DNA from: Diplonema japonicum
Lineage: Eukaryota > Protista > Euglenozoa: Diplonemea
Assembly: GCA_964019335.1 (NCBI GenBank)
Contig: OZ025652.1
Span: forward strand, 558,001 to 622,000
Length of the DNA: 64,000 nt
Direction of reading: 5' to 3'
In this document: positions 9,345-17,999 of the stretch, piece after piece
Numbering within the stretch: position 1 is the stretch's first letter
How the letters are laid out: the number at the start of each line of letters is the position of its first letter
Notes under the pieces: generated by a model
The model's input: the letters and a program-made list of their open reading frames with translations, nothing else
What the model was told of the DNA's origin: nothing
Databases searched by the model: none
Position numbers and translations under genes: made by a program

Positions 9345-10631
9345 TTACTTCACTGGTTGCACACCCTTCCTGAAAACTTTTTGCGGAGAGATCAGCGTCC
9401 CTGCAAACCAAGAATCATCATCTTTCCCCTTGTACTCTGACCACTTCGAAACGACCTTAGCCCCGTGATAAAGCCCATACCCCGGCTCGCCGCAGTTCGG
9501 AGGCAGTTTGGTAGGACCCCGGTTGTGTTTGCATTTCCCCCAATCGGAAGGACGGGTGGGGCAAAGTCTTATCCTGGTAGGAGGGACGAATTCATCAAAA
9601 TCCCCATCTTCATGCATCACCGACCAATGCTGTGTAACAGGAAGGGGGGATGGAAGGGGTTGTTTCCCTAGGAAATAGGGTTCGCCGACAACAGGTTCAG
9701 GTTCGTCACCTACAAGTTCATAGTTAGGTTGGTGCTGTTTCCGTTTATGGCTCAGCTTGACCCTTCCCGTCCGTGAAGGGAGGGAAACGATGGTACCTGC
9801 GAACCATGCATCGATGTCACTGCCTCTTATATCCTTATCACCGTGATACAATGTCCATCTTGCCACCACTAAAGCACCAATGTGTAAGCCGACGCCGGGA
9901 TCTCCGCAGTTTTCTGGTAACATAGTGTGGCCTCTCCGGGGTGCTTTGCCCCAGTTTCCCGGCCGTTCCGGAGCTAACCTAATGAGATTCATTGGGACTG
10001 CTTCGTCAAGGTCACCATCTTCGTGGAGAATAGCATATGTTAAGGGGTGCTGTTCTGCGGCAGAACTCGTCTCCTCAAGCATCTTCACCATTCTGTCCAT
10101 TCCCTTGTTGAGGAATTGTAAATCCCGCAGTTGTTTTTGTAACGCGGCGAGAGCCTCGCCTTCCTCGTTTAGCACGAATGAGGAGGGTTCTTCCACCGGA
10201 GAAAGCGGGAAATGCAGTACTTTTTGAAGCGTGAAAAATTGTTGATAATCTACCTTTCGGATGTCGTTTTTTAGGAAAATTTTCGCTAAGCTGCCCCGAA
10301 TAGTGCTGCCGTGCTTGGCATCTACACATATGAACAACGACTCCTGTTTCCCTACCAACAGCAAGCGGCCTGTTACGAAATAATCGACGATTTCAGTTAG
10401 ATTCGTTCGCTGCATGACTTGCAGGACGACCCCTTGCTTCATAACGACAACCTTGTCAGCCATGATCTCAACCTCGCACTCCATCTCGCTCTCCCACTTC
10501 TTGTTCGTGCCGTACCTCCACGCGTGAAGGGGACACCTCACCACTTCTTTCTTCACAGGTGCTTCATCTTCTTCTTCTTCTTCGTTGATTCCTCTCAGTA
10601 TCTCCTCCTCTATCATCTTGGACTCGTCCAT
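9345..10631 (-). CDS. Hypothetical protein with two internal Tudor/Agenet-like repeats
   Basis: 428 aa ORF; duplicated HEDGDxDExVP..IRL.P.RP..WGK..LP.NCG.PG.GL..GA.VV..W..Y.G...D.WFAGT. Confidence 0.75.
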   Translation of the reverse strand: MDESKMIEEEILRGINEEEEEDEAPVKKEVVRCPLHAWRYGTNKKWESEMECEVEIMADKVVVMKQGVVLQVMQRTNLTEIVDYFVTGRLLLVGKQESLFICVDAKHGSTIRGSLAKIFLKNDIRKVDYQQFFTLQKVLHFPLSPVEEPSSFVLNEEGEALAALQKQLRDLQFLNKGMDRMVKMLEETSSAAEQHPLTYAILHEDGDLDEAVPMNLIRLAPERPGNWGKAPRRGHTMLPENCGDPGVGLHIGALVVARWTLYHGDKDIRGSDIDAWFAGTIVSLPSRTGRVKLSHKRKQHQPNYELVGDEPEPVVGEPYFLGKQPLPSPLPVTQHWSVMHEDGDFDEFVPPTRIRLCPTRPSDWGKCKHNRGPTKLPPNCGEPGYGLYHGAKVVSKWSEYKGKDDDSWFAGTLISPQKVFRKGVQPVK

Positions 10632-10841
10632 TTTGTTGTTGTTGTTGGGCCAACTGGTGTTTTGAATTATTATTATATTTGAGACAGCACAGGGAATAAC
10701 ATTCTTTCACATTCGCACTGTGAACAAGGCTACAAAAAAAAAAAAAAAAAAAAAAAGAAAAAGCTGTGGGGCAAGGTAAGCTCTTCTTTTTGGATTCTCT
10801 TTTACACCAGCTTCTCCTCCCATGCTACTGGGGGGGTTGCT

Positions 10842-11408
10842 TTACTTCCCTTCTGCACTGTCGCTGTCTGATTTGGGAGGTGTTTCCTCGGGGAGGGTCT
10901 TCTCTCCGGATGGCTTGCCATCTTCCCCTGAAAGGATGCGTTCCCTCAGCTGTGTGAGGAGGACACCAAGACGGTTTCTTCCCAGGTTTCTTTCAGGTGT
11001 CTCAAGGTCCCATGAATCGTCGCCCCCATCAGCCCAGTAGGTATCATTCGCAGTATGCTCCACAAGGAACAGGCCACGGGACGCAAGGAGTGTTTCTCTG
11101 CAGTCTGCGTGTTGCGAGAACTTCGCTTCTATGGCCTTTATCATGACTTCCTCCTTCACCGCATTCCAGTCCCTTCGCAGGGGACGCTTCCTGCTCCTCC
11201 CCATCTGTGCTGCTTTCATTGGGCCATCTGCCCGCATCACCTCCAGGACATCTGCATCACTCCCCACGAACTTCATTGCTTGGAAGTAGTGCTCCGATGT
11301 CTTATAAGTCTTCCCCTCGATCACCACAGGGTGCGCCGAGAAGTTCGAGAAGCACCCATACACCCCTTTGTTCGAGTAGAACCACAGCTTCCCGTCGGGA
11401 CACGTCAT
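10842..11408 (-). CDS. NADAR family protein (YbiA-like), copy 1
   Basis: FSNF..HP, TSEHYFQAMKF, GR.R...R.DW..VK..VM, AKFSQH, LVEHT.ND.YWADGG, GRNRLG.LL..LR; first true ATG at 11408 (ORF-track start is TTG). Confidence 0.92.
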   Translation of the reverse strand: MTCPDGKLWFYSNKGVYGCFSNFSAHPVVIEGKTYKTSEHYFQAMKFVGSDADVLEVMRADGPMKAAQMGRSRKRPLRRDWNAVKEEVMIKAIEAKFSQHADCRETLLASRGLFLVEHTANDTYWADGGDDSWDLETPERNLGRNRLGVLLTQLRERILSGEDGKPSGEKTLPEETPPKSDSDSAEGK

Positions 11409-11493
11409 CTTTCGCAAGAGATGTACTGGTCGAGAATACGAATTAGCTTGAAGTGAATAGGAATAAATAAAGACAAAAAAGAAACAAACTTTT

Positions 11494-11600
11494 GTGGTTC
11501 CGTATGAAAGGCCAAGGTTGCCTTTGCACAGGGATGCCAAGAAAGTAAGCAGAACGACATGTCATTGCACGCTGTTTCGCCCGCCGCACGGGACAGACTA
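11494..11600 (-). ncRNA. Conserved ~110 nt structured element X (candidate ncRNA or shared non-coding 5' exon); also at 18000-18106 and 43655-43761
   Basis: Follows a pyrimidine tract and AG on the minus strand; three predicted hairpins; identity ends abruptly at its 3' edge in all three copies. Confidence 0.35.
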
Positions 11601-11798
11601 TGAAACAAAAAAGGAAAAAAAAGAAAATTCAGAAACATGAAGAGGGACTCCTCATTTTAACTGGACGTTGGGTGGTGGGTGAAAAGAAGAAAGAAAAGGA
11701 AAGAAGCAAATTTGAAAAAGTAGCACTTGCTGCTGTTTTGTGTTTTCATTTCATCATCATCATCATCATCATCATCATTGTTATCAACAACAACGCTT

Positions 11799-12773
11799 TC
11801 AGATCTCGGAGGTGCAGGGGGACTTGTTGAGGCCGCACTCGTTGGCACCCCTCTTGACCCTGATGTAGCCGTTCTCGCCCCAAGATGCCCCCCAGGAGTT
11901 CTTGATGATCCAGTAGTCGGCGGCGTAGCCAACGATGAGGACACCGTGGTCAAGGGTGCAGACCTCACAGCAGTTGGTGAGGATGCCTCCGTTGTAGGTC
12001 TGCCACTTGGTGGCGTCCACAGCGATGGAGAGGGGCCCGCTGGGACCGACGAACTCGGCCATCGCGTTCTCGTTGTGTGCGATGTCCTTGTGGCCCTTGA
12101 TGGTGGCCCCCACCGCCTTCCCGGACACGTCGTGGCACACCCCGCTGAACCCGTCGCCAGAGGTGTAGTGGTACGAGGCCTCCGTCACGATCTGCCCGTT
12201 GTGTGTCTGCTGCAGCCACTTGAAGGCGTTGTCCATGAGACCACCGTTGCAGCCGTCGTCGATCTTGTCGCACGACACCAGCTCCTGCTCCGACAGCGAG
12301 GTCAGGGTGTTCCCCGCAAGGAACCACTGGCCCTCGATCCCTCCGGTTGTGGAGAAGGCCCAGCAGCTCCCGCACTGAGCCTGGTTCTTCACGTGGGTCA
12401 CAGCTCCCTTTGTCCTCCAGTCCACCTCTGTGGGGGCTCCCGAAGTTGCCGAGGCGGTGTAGGCCGGTCCCTCCTTCTCAACAACCTTCAGGTTGTGGTA
12501 CACCTTGAACTCCTCAGAAGACAGGTCAGAGAACCTGTTCACCCCGAAGGTTGCCCCCATCGCCTGCTCCTTCTCGTACTGGGCTCCCTTCAAAAGGTTC
12601 TTGGTGAAGATCTGGAACCTCCTCTCCTCCTCGGCAGCGCTGCTGTAGGCCTTGTTGTAGTCAGCCTTGAAGGTCCTGAACATCGTCCTCGAGTTCATCC
12701 TGATGTAGTCCTCAGACAGACCCTGCGCGCACCCCGCCAGCAGGGCGATCATCACTGCAGTACCGCAACGCAT
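11799..12773 (-). CDS. Cathepsin L-like cysteine peptidase (C1A, papain family), copy 1
   Basis: Signal peptide, I29 prodomain (ERFNIN-like EEERRFQIFTKN, GVNRFSD), QCGSCWAFS, DHGV, IIKNSWG; no cruzipain-type C-terminal extension. Confidence 0.97.
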   Translation of the reverse strand: MRCGTAVMIALLAGCAQGLSEDYIRMNSRTMFRTFKADYNKAYSSAAEEERRFQIFTKNLLKGAQYEKEQAMGATFGVNRFSDLSSEEFKVYHNLKVVEKEGPAYTASATSGAPTEVDWRTKGAVTHVKNQAQCGSCWAFSTTGGIEGQWFLAGNTLTSLSEQELVSCDKIDDGCNGGLMDNAFKWLQQTHNGQIVTEASYHYTSGDGFSGVCHDVSGKAVGATIKGHKDIAHNENAMAEFVGPSGPLSIAVDATKWQTYNGGILTNCCEVCTLDHGVLIVGYAADYWIIKNSWGASWGENGYIRVKRGANECGLNKSPCTSEI

Positions 12774-12939
12774 TTTGTGGGTGGTTCTCTTTTTTTCTTT
12801 TTTGCTTTCCTGAGAAAGTGAGGGTGTTGTGTTGTTTTGTCTTGTGGCTTGTAGTTTTAAGTTCTCTTTTCCTTTTTCGTTGTTCTCAGGGAAAACAATG
12901 TTTTGAAAAAAAAAAATCCAAAGTACAGGCTCAAAAAGA

Positions 12940-13016
12940 ATATCTTGGGTGAGACAGGTACAGCCGAGCTTACCAGTTTGTCGCGAAGAACATCAGCTGC
13001 GTTTAATTCACCCCTG
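12940..13016 (-). ncRNA. H1: single-hairpin AGA-box pseudouridylation guide, predicted target LSU GAGACAGGU-Psi-N-GUUUU
   Basis: Lower stem gggtga/tcaccc then a-AGA-tat; 3' pocket acctgtc starts 14 nt before AGA; 5' pocket taaac; complementary to the conserved peptidyl-transferase-region motif. Confidence 0.8.
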
Positions 13017-13116
13017 TGCCTTGTGTTGGTAAGGATCTTCTTCTTTTTTTTTTTGCCATTCCATTTTGTTTCTTCTTTTTTTTTTTTTTTTTTGCCGTTG
13101 TTGTCTTCTCTCTTCT

Positions 13117-13214
13117 ATGGTCAGGTGTGGACGAGTTGTTTACCACTTGCCCGAAGGCATCGTATAGGTATAGGGGCGATGTCCAGATAGTAGCTGTGGT
13201 TTGTCATCATTCTC
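13117..13214 (-). ncRNA. CD1: box C/D snoRNA, LSU GGUAUAGGGGCGA guide
   Basis: Box C ATGATGA (13210-13204), box D CTGA (13124-13121); 13-nt antisense to conserved LSU GGUAUAGGGGCGA at 13167-13179; 10 copies in window. Confidence 0.88.
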
Positions 13215-13246
13215 AAAAGAAGCTTTTGTTGTTCATTCCCATTTCC

Positions 13247-13316
13247 ACATCTCCCAAACAGTAATGAGAACACGATGGCTACGAGGAAGCAAGCCCGCCC
13301 TTCTGCTGCTGGTCAC
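13247..13316 (-). ncRNA. H2: single-hairpin AGA-box snoRNA, target not identified
   Basis: Hairpin ccagcag...ctgtttgg followed by g-AGA-tgt; ~70 nt; conserved in 9 copies while the flanks vary. Confidence 0.7.
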
Positions 13317-13386
13317 TCAAAAGAAAGGACTTCCCTCTCTTCCATTTCCCCCATCCCACCACCCCTTTCCCTCCTCATTTCCCAAA

Positions 13387-13511
13387 AAGGCTCAGAAAAG
13401 GTACTCACATCTCATTCGGCGGGAGGAGGACAGCAGAAGCATCACCCTCAGCCTCCTCCCTCGTCAGAAATGAGGAATGCCATTGGAGTTTGTTGTTGGT
13501 CATCACAGCCT
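13387..13511 (-). ncRNA. CD2: box C/D snoRNA, SSU (AAC)GAGGAAU guide
   Basis: GTGATGA at 13506-13500, D' CTGA at 13467-13464, C'-like GTGATGC, D CTGA at 13395-13392, terminal stem aggct/agcct; D' guide ggcattcctca. Confidence 0.8.
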
Positions 13512-13581
13512 CCTTCCGGAAAAAAAAACGAAACAAAGGACCACACACACACACACACACACACACACAACAGTAAATCAT

Positions 13582-13671
13582 GACTCAGAAAGTACGTTCA
13601 CTTGCTGCCAGCACAATGGCCAACAGCATCAACAAACAAACCAGCAATTGAGTGAAGTGGTAATCATCTCC
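13582..13671 (-). ncRNA. CD3: box C/D snoRNA, probable SSU AGUACGUUCG guide
   Basis: Box C ATGATTA (13667-13661), D CTGA (13588-13585); guide gtgaacgtact upstream of D. Confidence 0.7.
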
Positions 13672-13981
13672 ACTGTTGCAAAAAAGAAGACACTCCTGAT
13701 CAGGTGTGGACGAGTTGTTTACCACTTGCCCGAAGGCATCGTATAGGTATAGGGGCGATGTCCAGATAGTAGCTGTGGTTTGTCATCATTTCAGCGCCTT
13801 ATTTTCTTTTCTTTTTTTCCTCTCATTCTCTTCTTCTTTTTTCCATATCTCCCAAACAGTAATGAGAACACGATGGCTACGAGGAAGCAAGCCCGCCCTT
13901 CTGCTGCTGGTCACCAAAAGCTCAAAGAAGGAAACGATAAGAAAAGAAGAAAGACAAGCAGGACAACCAAGAGTGTCGGTG

Positions 13982-14092
13982 GGCAAAGACATCAGAACCT
14001 AATTGTGGTTGTTGCCGCTCATGAGCTTCCCCGATCTGGTCGAGGGCTTCGCGAAGAGGAATCCAAGTACAAGAGATCATCACTTGTCTGCC
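13982..14092 (-). ncRNA. CD4: box C/D snoRNA, target uncertain
   Basis: GTGATGA (14083-14077), CTGA (13995-13992), terminal stem ggcagaca/tgtctttgcc. Confidence 0.8.
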
Positions 14093-14139
14093 GGGGGTTT
14101 GCTTTCCGATGCAAGAAAAAGAAAAGCTCAAAAGTTCAT

Positions 14140-14245
14140 TCTTCAGACAAAATAGAAACTGTCAAATCCAGGGGTAGAAGCACAACAGACACTTGTGCCT
14201 GTTCATTTGGGGAAAGAAGAATGGGTGATTGGTCTCATCATGGGC
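14140..14245 (-). ncRNA. CD5: box C/D snoRNA, LSU GGGGAAAGAAGA guide
   Basis: ATGATGA (14241-14235), D' ATGA (14206-14203) preceded by 12-nt antisense to conserved LSU GGGGAAAGAAGA, internal hairpin, D CTGA (14146-14143). Confidence 0.85.
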
Positions 14246-14346
14246 ATGTTGCTTATATTTAAAAGAAGATTATAAATAAAAGAAGAAAAATAAAAGAAAG
14301 AAAGAAAGAAAAGCAAGTGAAACGGCGGGGGGGCGGGGGGTTCACA

Positions 14347-14684
14347 TAGTTCTTATAAGGGACCACTTTTTGCGATTTTCCAGTTTTTTTCGCCCTTAAA
14401 CAGACTCTTTCCACTTCAAAAGTGCCCACAAATCGTTCAAACCCCCGTTTCCCGATGCTTTTCGGCACCAGAAGGGCCCAGGATCGTGTTCAAATTTGGT
14501 ACCAAACGGGATCCCAAAGGGGTTCCCTGTATGTGTGTATTTCCACGTTGGTACCAAACGGGGCCCCAAAAATTAGAACATGATCCTGACGCTTTTGGGA
14601 GTGGTTAGAGTCTTTTTAAAGGGCTCAAAATGCCCTTAGCGAAAAAAACTGGAAAATGGCAAAAAAACGACGCTCTTAAGACTG
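14347..14684. mobile_element. Foldback/MITE-like element with long imperfect inverted repeats
   Basis: tttttgcgattttccagtttttttcgc...cccttaaacagactctttccacttcaaaag inverted against cttttgggagtggttagagtctttttaaaggg...gcgaaaaaaactggaaaatggcaaaaaa; inner IR caggatcgtgttc/gaacatgatcctg; direct repeat ttggtaccaaacggg x2. Confidence 0.7.
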
Positions 14685-15199
14685 GGGGGGGGGGGGGGGG
14701 GGGGTAGCAAAACTTATGACGGCGGGCTGATGATGACCCACCGCCTGCTGAGCTTTCCTTGAGGAAAGTTGATTATCCGATCAGGGCAGCAACTAGAGTT
14801 ATTTTTTTTTTGTCGTTAGTTGTTTTGATTTTATTTTTTTTTGCAAGTAGAAACTTTGACTTGGCTTGCAGATGTCTGTGGTTTTCATTTTTTTTTATCG
14901 TTCTATCGGAAAACCCGCACAAAACAAAACAGGGGGGGGGGGGGGGGGGGGTTTCCCCCTTTGCCGTAGATTTTTCAAGCACATAGAGTGAAAGAGGGAA
15001 AGAAGAAAAAAGAAAGAAAAAAAAAAGAATAGCGTGATAGCAATCTCTACAGTGTTTGTGCAAGTAGATAAAAAAAAAGAGATAGGTTGTGGAATAAAAA
15101 AAAAGAAAGAAAGTTGATGGTTGCTGCAAAGTTGGTAAGGGAAAGTTTTGATGGTTACAGCCGGTGGAACAAAACAAAAAAAACAAAAAAAAACAACAA

Positions 15200-15313
15200 T
15201 TCTTTATGACTATACGTCTTTGTTGTTCACACGAGCGAAAAAAGGTTTTAAAAAGCCGCGAAAATTTTATGCTCGGCACAAATTGCATATAATTATAAAA
15301 TCTTCTTTTGAAA
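15200..15313. repeat. Dispersed repeat, copy B (compact form of 8411-8585)
   Basis: Colinear blocks shared with 8411-8585. Confidence 0.75.
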
Positions 15314-16736
15314 AAGAAAAAAAAAACCCCCGCCTATTGCTACCGGAGCCAATAGCTGTTCAACCAACATTTTTTCAGAAAAAAGGGGGTGAAAATAAGT
15401 GGGGGTGGGCAACGTCATTTTACTAGGAGCTTTTTACGTCAGCAACGCCTGAAAAAATATGCATGACACAAAAGGGGTACTCCAAAAGGGAATTTACAAC
15501 CCTCTATTACCAAAAGTAAGCGAATGCCTTGTTGGTGGCAATAGGGGTGTGGGGGGGGGGGGGGGGGGGGTGAACTGTTTGAATCGTGTTTTCTCCTTTT
15601 AAAATAACCACCGGAAAGCCCCCCACCTGCCATAAAGACTCGGTTACGAAGACCCCTTGTTTTCTTTTTTTTTTTTTTTTTAATTTCAAAAACCTTTAAA
15701 TCTACTCTTTTTTGAAGTTTGGATGTAGGGGAAGGTGGGGGAGGCAGGGAAAGGGAAAGAGGCAGATAGGAAGGGCACAGGGAAGCCTACTTTCTTTTTT
15801 CCTTTCTTTTTTTCCTTTTTCTTTTTTTTTTTCTCCCCGTTTTGTCTTCTTATTCTATTCTCGCAACGATAGAGCAAACTGCTGGGTTTTAGTTTCCCCC
15901 CTTTTTTTTTGTTTTTGTTTTTGTTTTGTTTTTTTTTAATTGGATGAAAAAAATCTCAACAATCAGATGACCTTCGCCTTGTATGTTAACTATGGACCAT
16001 GAGACCGGAGACAAATGCCGAAGAAAAAAAAAAAGAACAACAACAACAGCAAAAAAAAAAAAAAAAAATGGAACTAAACACCTGAATTTTTTTTCCCCCC
16101 GCCCTTCATCGCGGTACTCAAAGAAATGAGCGAAGAAAAAAAGGGCGGAAGCCATAAAAAAAGAAAAAGAAAAAAGAAAAAGAAGAGCTTTACCAGAAGG
16201 TATAATCAAAACGGCGCTGCTTTTGTGTGACACAAAACACCCATTTTTGATGATCTGATTTCGCCCCTTTTTAATTCTAACTTTTGCTCTGCTCCATATC
16301 CAATATTTCTTCTCTTTTACCACGGTTCGGTTAAGAGGGGAAGGGAGGGAGAGAGAGAGAGAGGAAGAAGGCCTGTTCTTTTGTTGCTCGTGGCAAAATA
16401 TTATGAAGCGCACGTACTGGCCCAGCAGGGAAATAAATTTAAGAAGAAAAAAAGGGGGGGAGGGGGGCGAAGCGTTTTGTATTTTTTGCTGTTCCACCCT
16501 TGATAAAAATCTCAGGTGTCATGACTACTAACCGGAGATGAACGGCATGGGGAGGGGGGGAGGGGAGGGGGGGGCGAGATAGGTAGCATATTATTATATG
16601 CATTGTATACTTCTCATATTTTTTTTTGCTCGTCCTTGTCCTTTTCAACGCTCTTCGGGGGGGGGGGGGGGGGGAGCAAAACCAAAAAAAAAAAACAAAC
16701 CAAAACAAACGGGGAAAAAAAAAAAAAAAAACCTCG

Positions 16737-17798
16737 TCAAAAGTCAATAGGCTTAATAACGGGCTCTGTCAGGGAGGCAGCTAAATTATCGTCGAAAAGC
16801 AGATCGACTGCAGTAGGGCGCAAAGAAGGATCGCGAATCAGCATCGACACCACAAGCTCTTGGATGTTTAAAGGCACCTTCCCCATCCTAGAAATACGAA
16901 GTGACCCTGATAAGATCTCCTTGTTTCGAAACTCCTGTGTCCCATGGCACCACGGTGTCCTCCCCACCACCATACAGTACAAGGTCACACCACATGACCA
17001 CACATCAGCAGGCATACCTGCATACCCACAACTTTCATTGTAAGAAGACAACAATATTTCAGGAGCAATGTAATCAGGAGTTCCGCACTGTTCCAAGAGC
17101 ATGGATCCCCGTCCTATAAGAGTTTCACCTAGACCGAAATCTGTTATTTTCAATGTTTGCCCGTTGTTGTCAATGAGGAGATTAGCTGGTTTAATGTCAC
17201 GATGGCAGATATCCATGCTGTGTATGTATTCTAATCCTCTGACAAGATCTTTGAAGTAAAACATTGCGTCTTTATGGTGAAGCTTCCGGTTGGGGGAGGC
17301 ATCGATGGCTTGTTGAAGAGACCCGCCTGGTGCATAGTCCAGTACGACATGGTACCATTCCTGATCGTCAATAACACCAACTATTCCTATTACGTTTGGG
17401 TGTTCTTTAAGTCGGCGCATGAGGGCGACTTCTCGTTTTGCGGTGTGTTCTAGTTCTCTTCGTCCGATTTTTTTCTTCCAGTAGGATTTCAAGGCGTACT
17501 CACAACCGGTTTTTGAGTGTGTTCCCTTTGTGACCACCGCCCACGTACCCTTTCCCAGTTCCTCGCCGATTTTAAGATTGCCGATTGTTTCCGGTAGGGT
17601 ACTCATCGGCTTTCCGCTCGCGGACAGGCTGCTCCCTGCCCGTCTCAACACTCTCGGTGATTCGTTGTATTGTATTTTCAGTTTGTTTCTTCTTATAGAA
17701 GTCTCTGTACCCTCTGATGTTTGTACTGTGCTTGGACTTCCCTCGCTCTTTGGCAACTCCTCTGAACTCTCTTCTATTTTTGTATTTGCGCATCCCAT
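16737..17798 (-). CDS. CAMK/AMPK-CIPK-like Ser/Thr protein kinase with MGC N-terminus
   Basis: GKGTWA, ALK, HRDIKPAN, DFG, CGTPDYIAPE, ADVWSCG; start MGCANTK after an A-run. Confidence 0.93.
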   Translation of the reverse strand: MGCANTKIEESSEELPKSEGSPSTVQTSEGTETSIRRNKLKIQYNESPRVLRRAGSSLSASGKPMSTLPETIGNLKIGEELGKGTWAVVTKGTHSKTGCEYALKSYWKKKIGRRELEHTAKREVALMRRLKEHPNVIGIVGVIDDQEWYHVVLDYAPGGSLQQAIDASPNRKLHHKDAMFYFKDLVRGLEYIHSMDICHRDIKPANLLIDNNGQTLKITDFGLGETLIGRGSMLLEQCGTPDYIAPEILLSSYNESCGYAGMPADVWSCGVTLYCMVVGRTPWCHGTQEFRNKEILSGSLRISRMGKVPLNIQELVVSMLIRDPSLRPTAVDLLFDDNLAASLTEPVIKPIDF

Positions 17799-17999
17799 TT
17801 TTTTTTTTTTTTTTTTTTTCTTGCGCCTCCCAAACAGAAGGCAAGATTGCAACTATTGGTGGGGTTTATTTTTTTTTTTTTTTTATATTTTTTTTTGTTT
17901 TTTTTATTCCCACGCAAAAAAAAAAAAAAGAAAATAAAAAAGAAGAAATAAAAATTTAAAAAAAGAAAAAAAAAGAAGAAAAATAACAAAAAAAACCTC

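Larger units (their letters stand above)
11494..14242. repeat. Segmental duplication unit, copy 1 (element X + cathepsin + snoRNA module)
   Basis: Near-identical to 18000-20747 and 43655-46379. Confidence 0.95.
12940..14245 (-). ncRNA. snoRNA cluster 1 (9 genes, transcription order CD5, CD4, H2, CD1, CD3, CD2, H2, CD1, H1)
   Basis: Repeated minus-strand RTGATGA...CTGA units and hairpins ending AGA-NNN, separated by low-complexity spacers. Confidence 0.88.

Noticed and set aside
11570-11600. Hammerhead-like stem followed by CGAAAC in element X
   Set aside because: The CUGANGA core is absent
11727-12821. Long plus-strand ORFs opposite real genes (also 2310-3473, 18233-19327, 43887-44957, 56917-58125, 59037-59945)
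   Set aside because: Antisense shadows of GC-rich coding sequence; no recognisable motifs
13406-13480. Apparent AGA-box hairpin inside CD2
   Set aside because: Better explained as the internal stem of a C/D snoRNA with complete C, D', C', D boxes and terminal stem
14154-14163. acagtttct on minus resembling the spliced-leader exon
   Set aside because: Only 9 nt, inside CD5, lacks the rest of the SL exon and donor site
13016-14262. Repeated plus-strand ORFs such as MATRKQARPS... in all four clusters
   Set aside because: Frames differ between copies through spacer indels; conservation follows snoRNA boxes on the minus strand
14715-14790. Plus-strand ATGATGA...CTGA with a hairpin (C/D, SECIS or hammerhead-like)
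   Set aside because: Opposite to cluster orientation, single copy, no terminal box D or complete ribozyme/SECIS core
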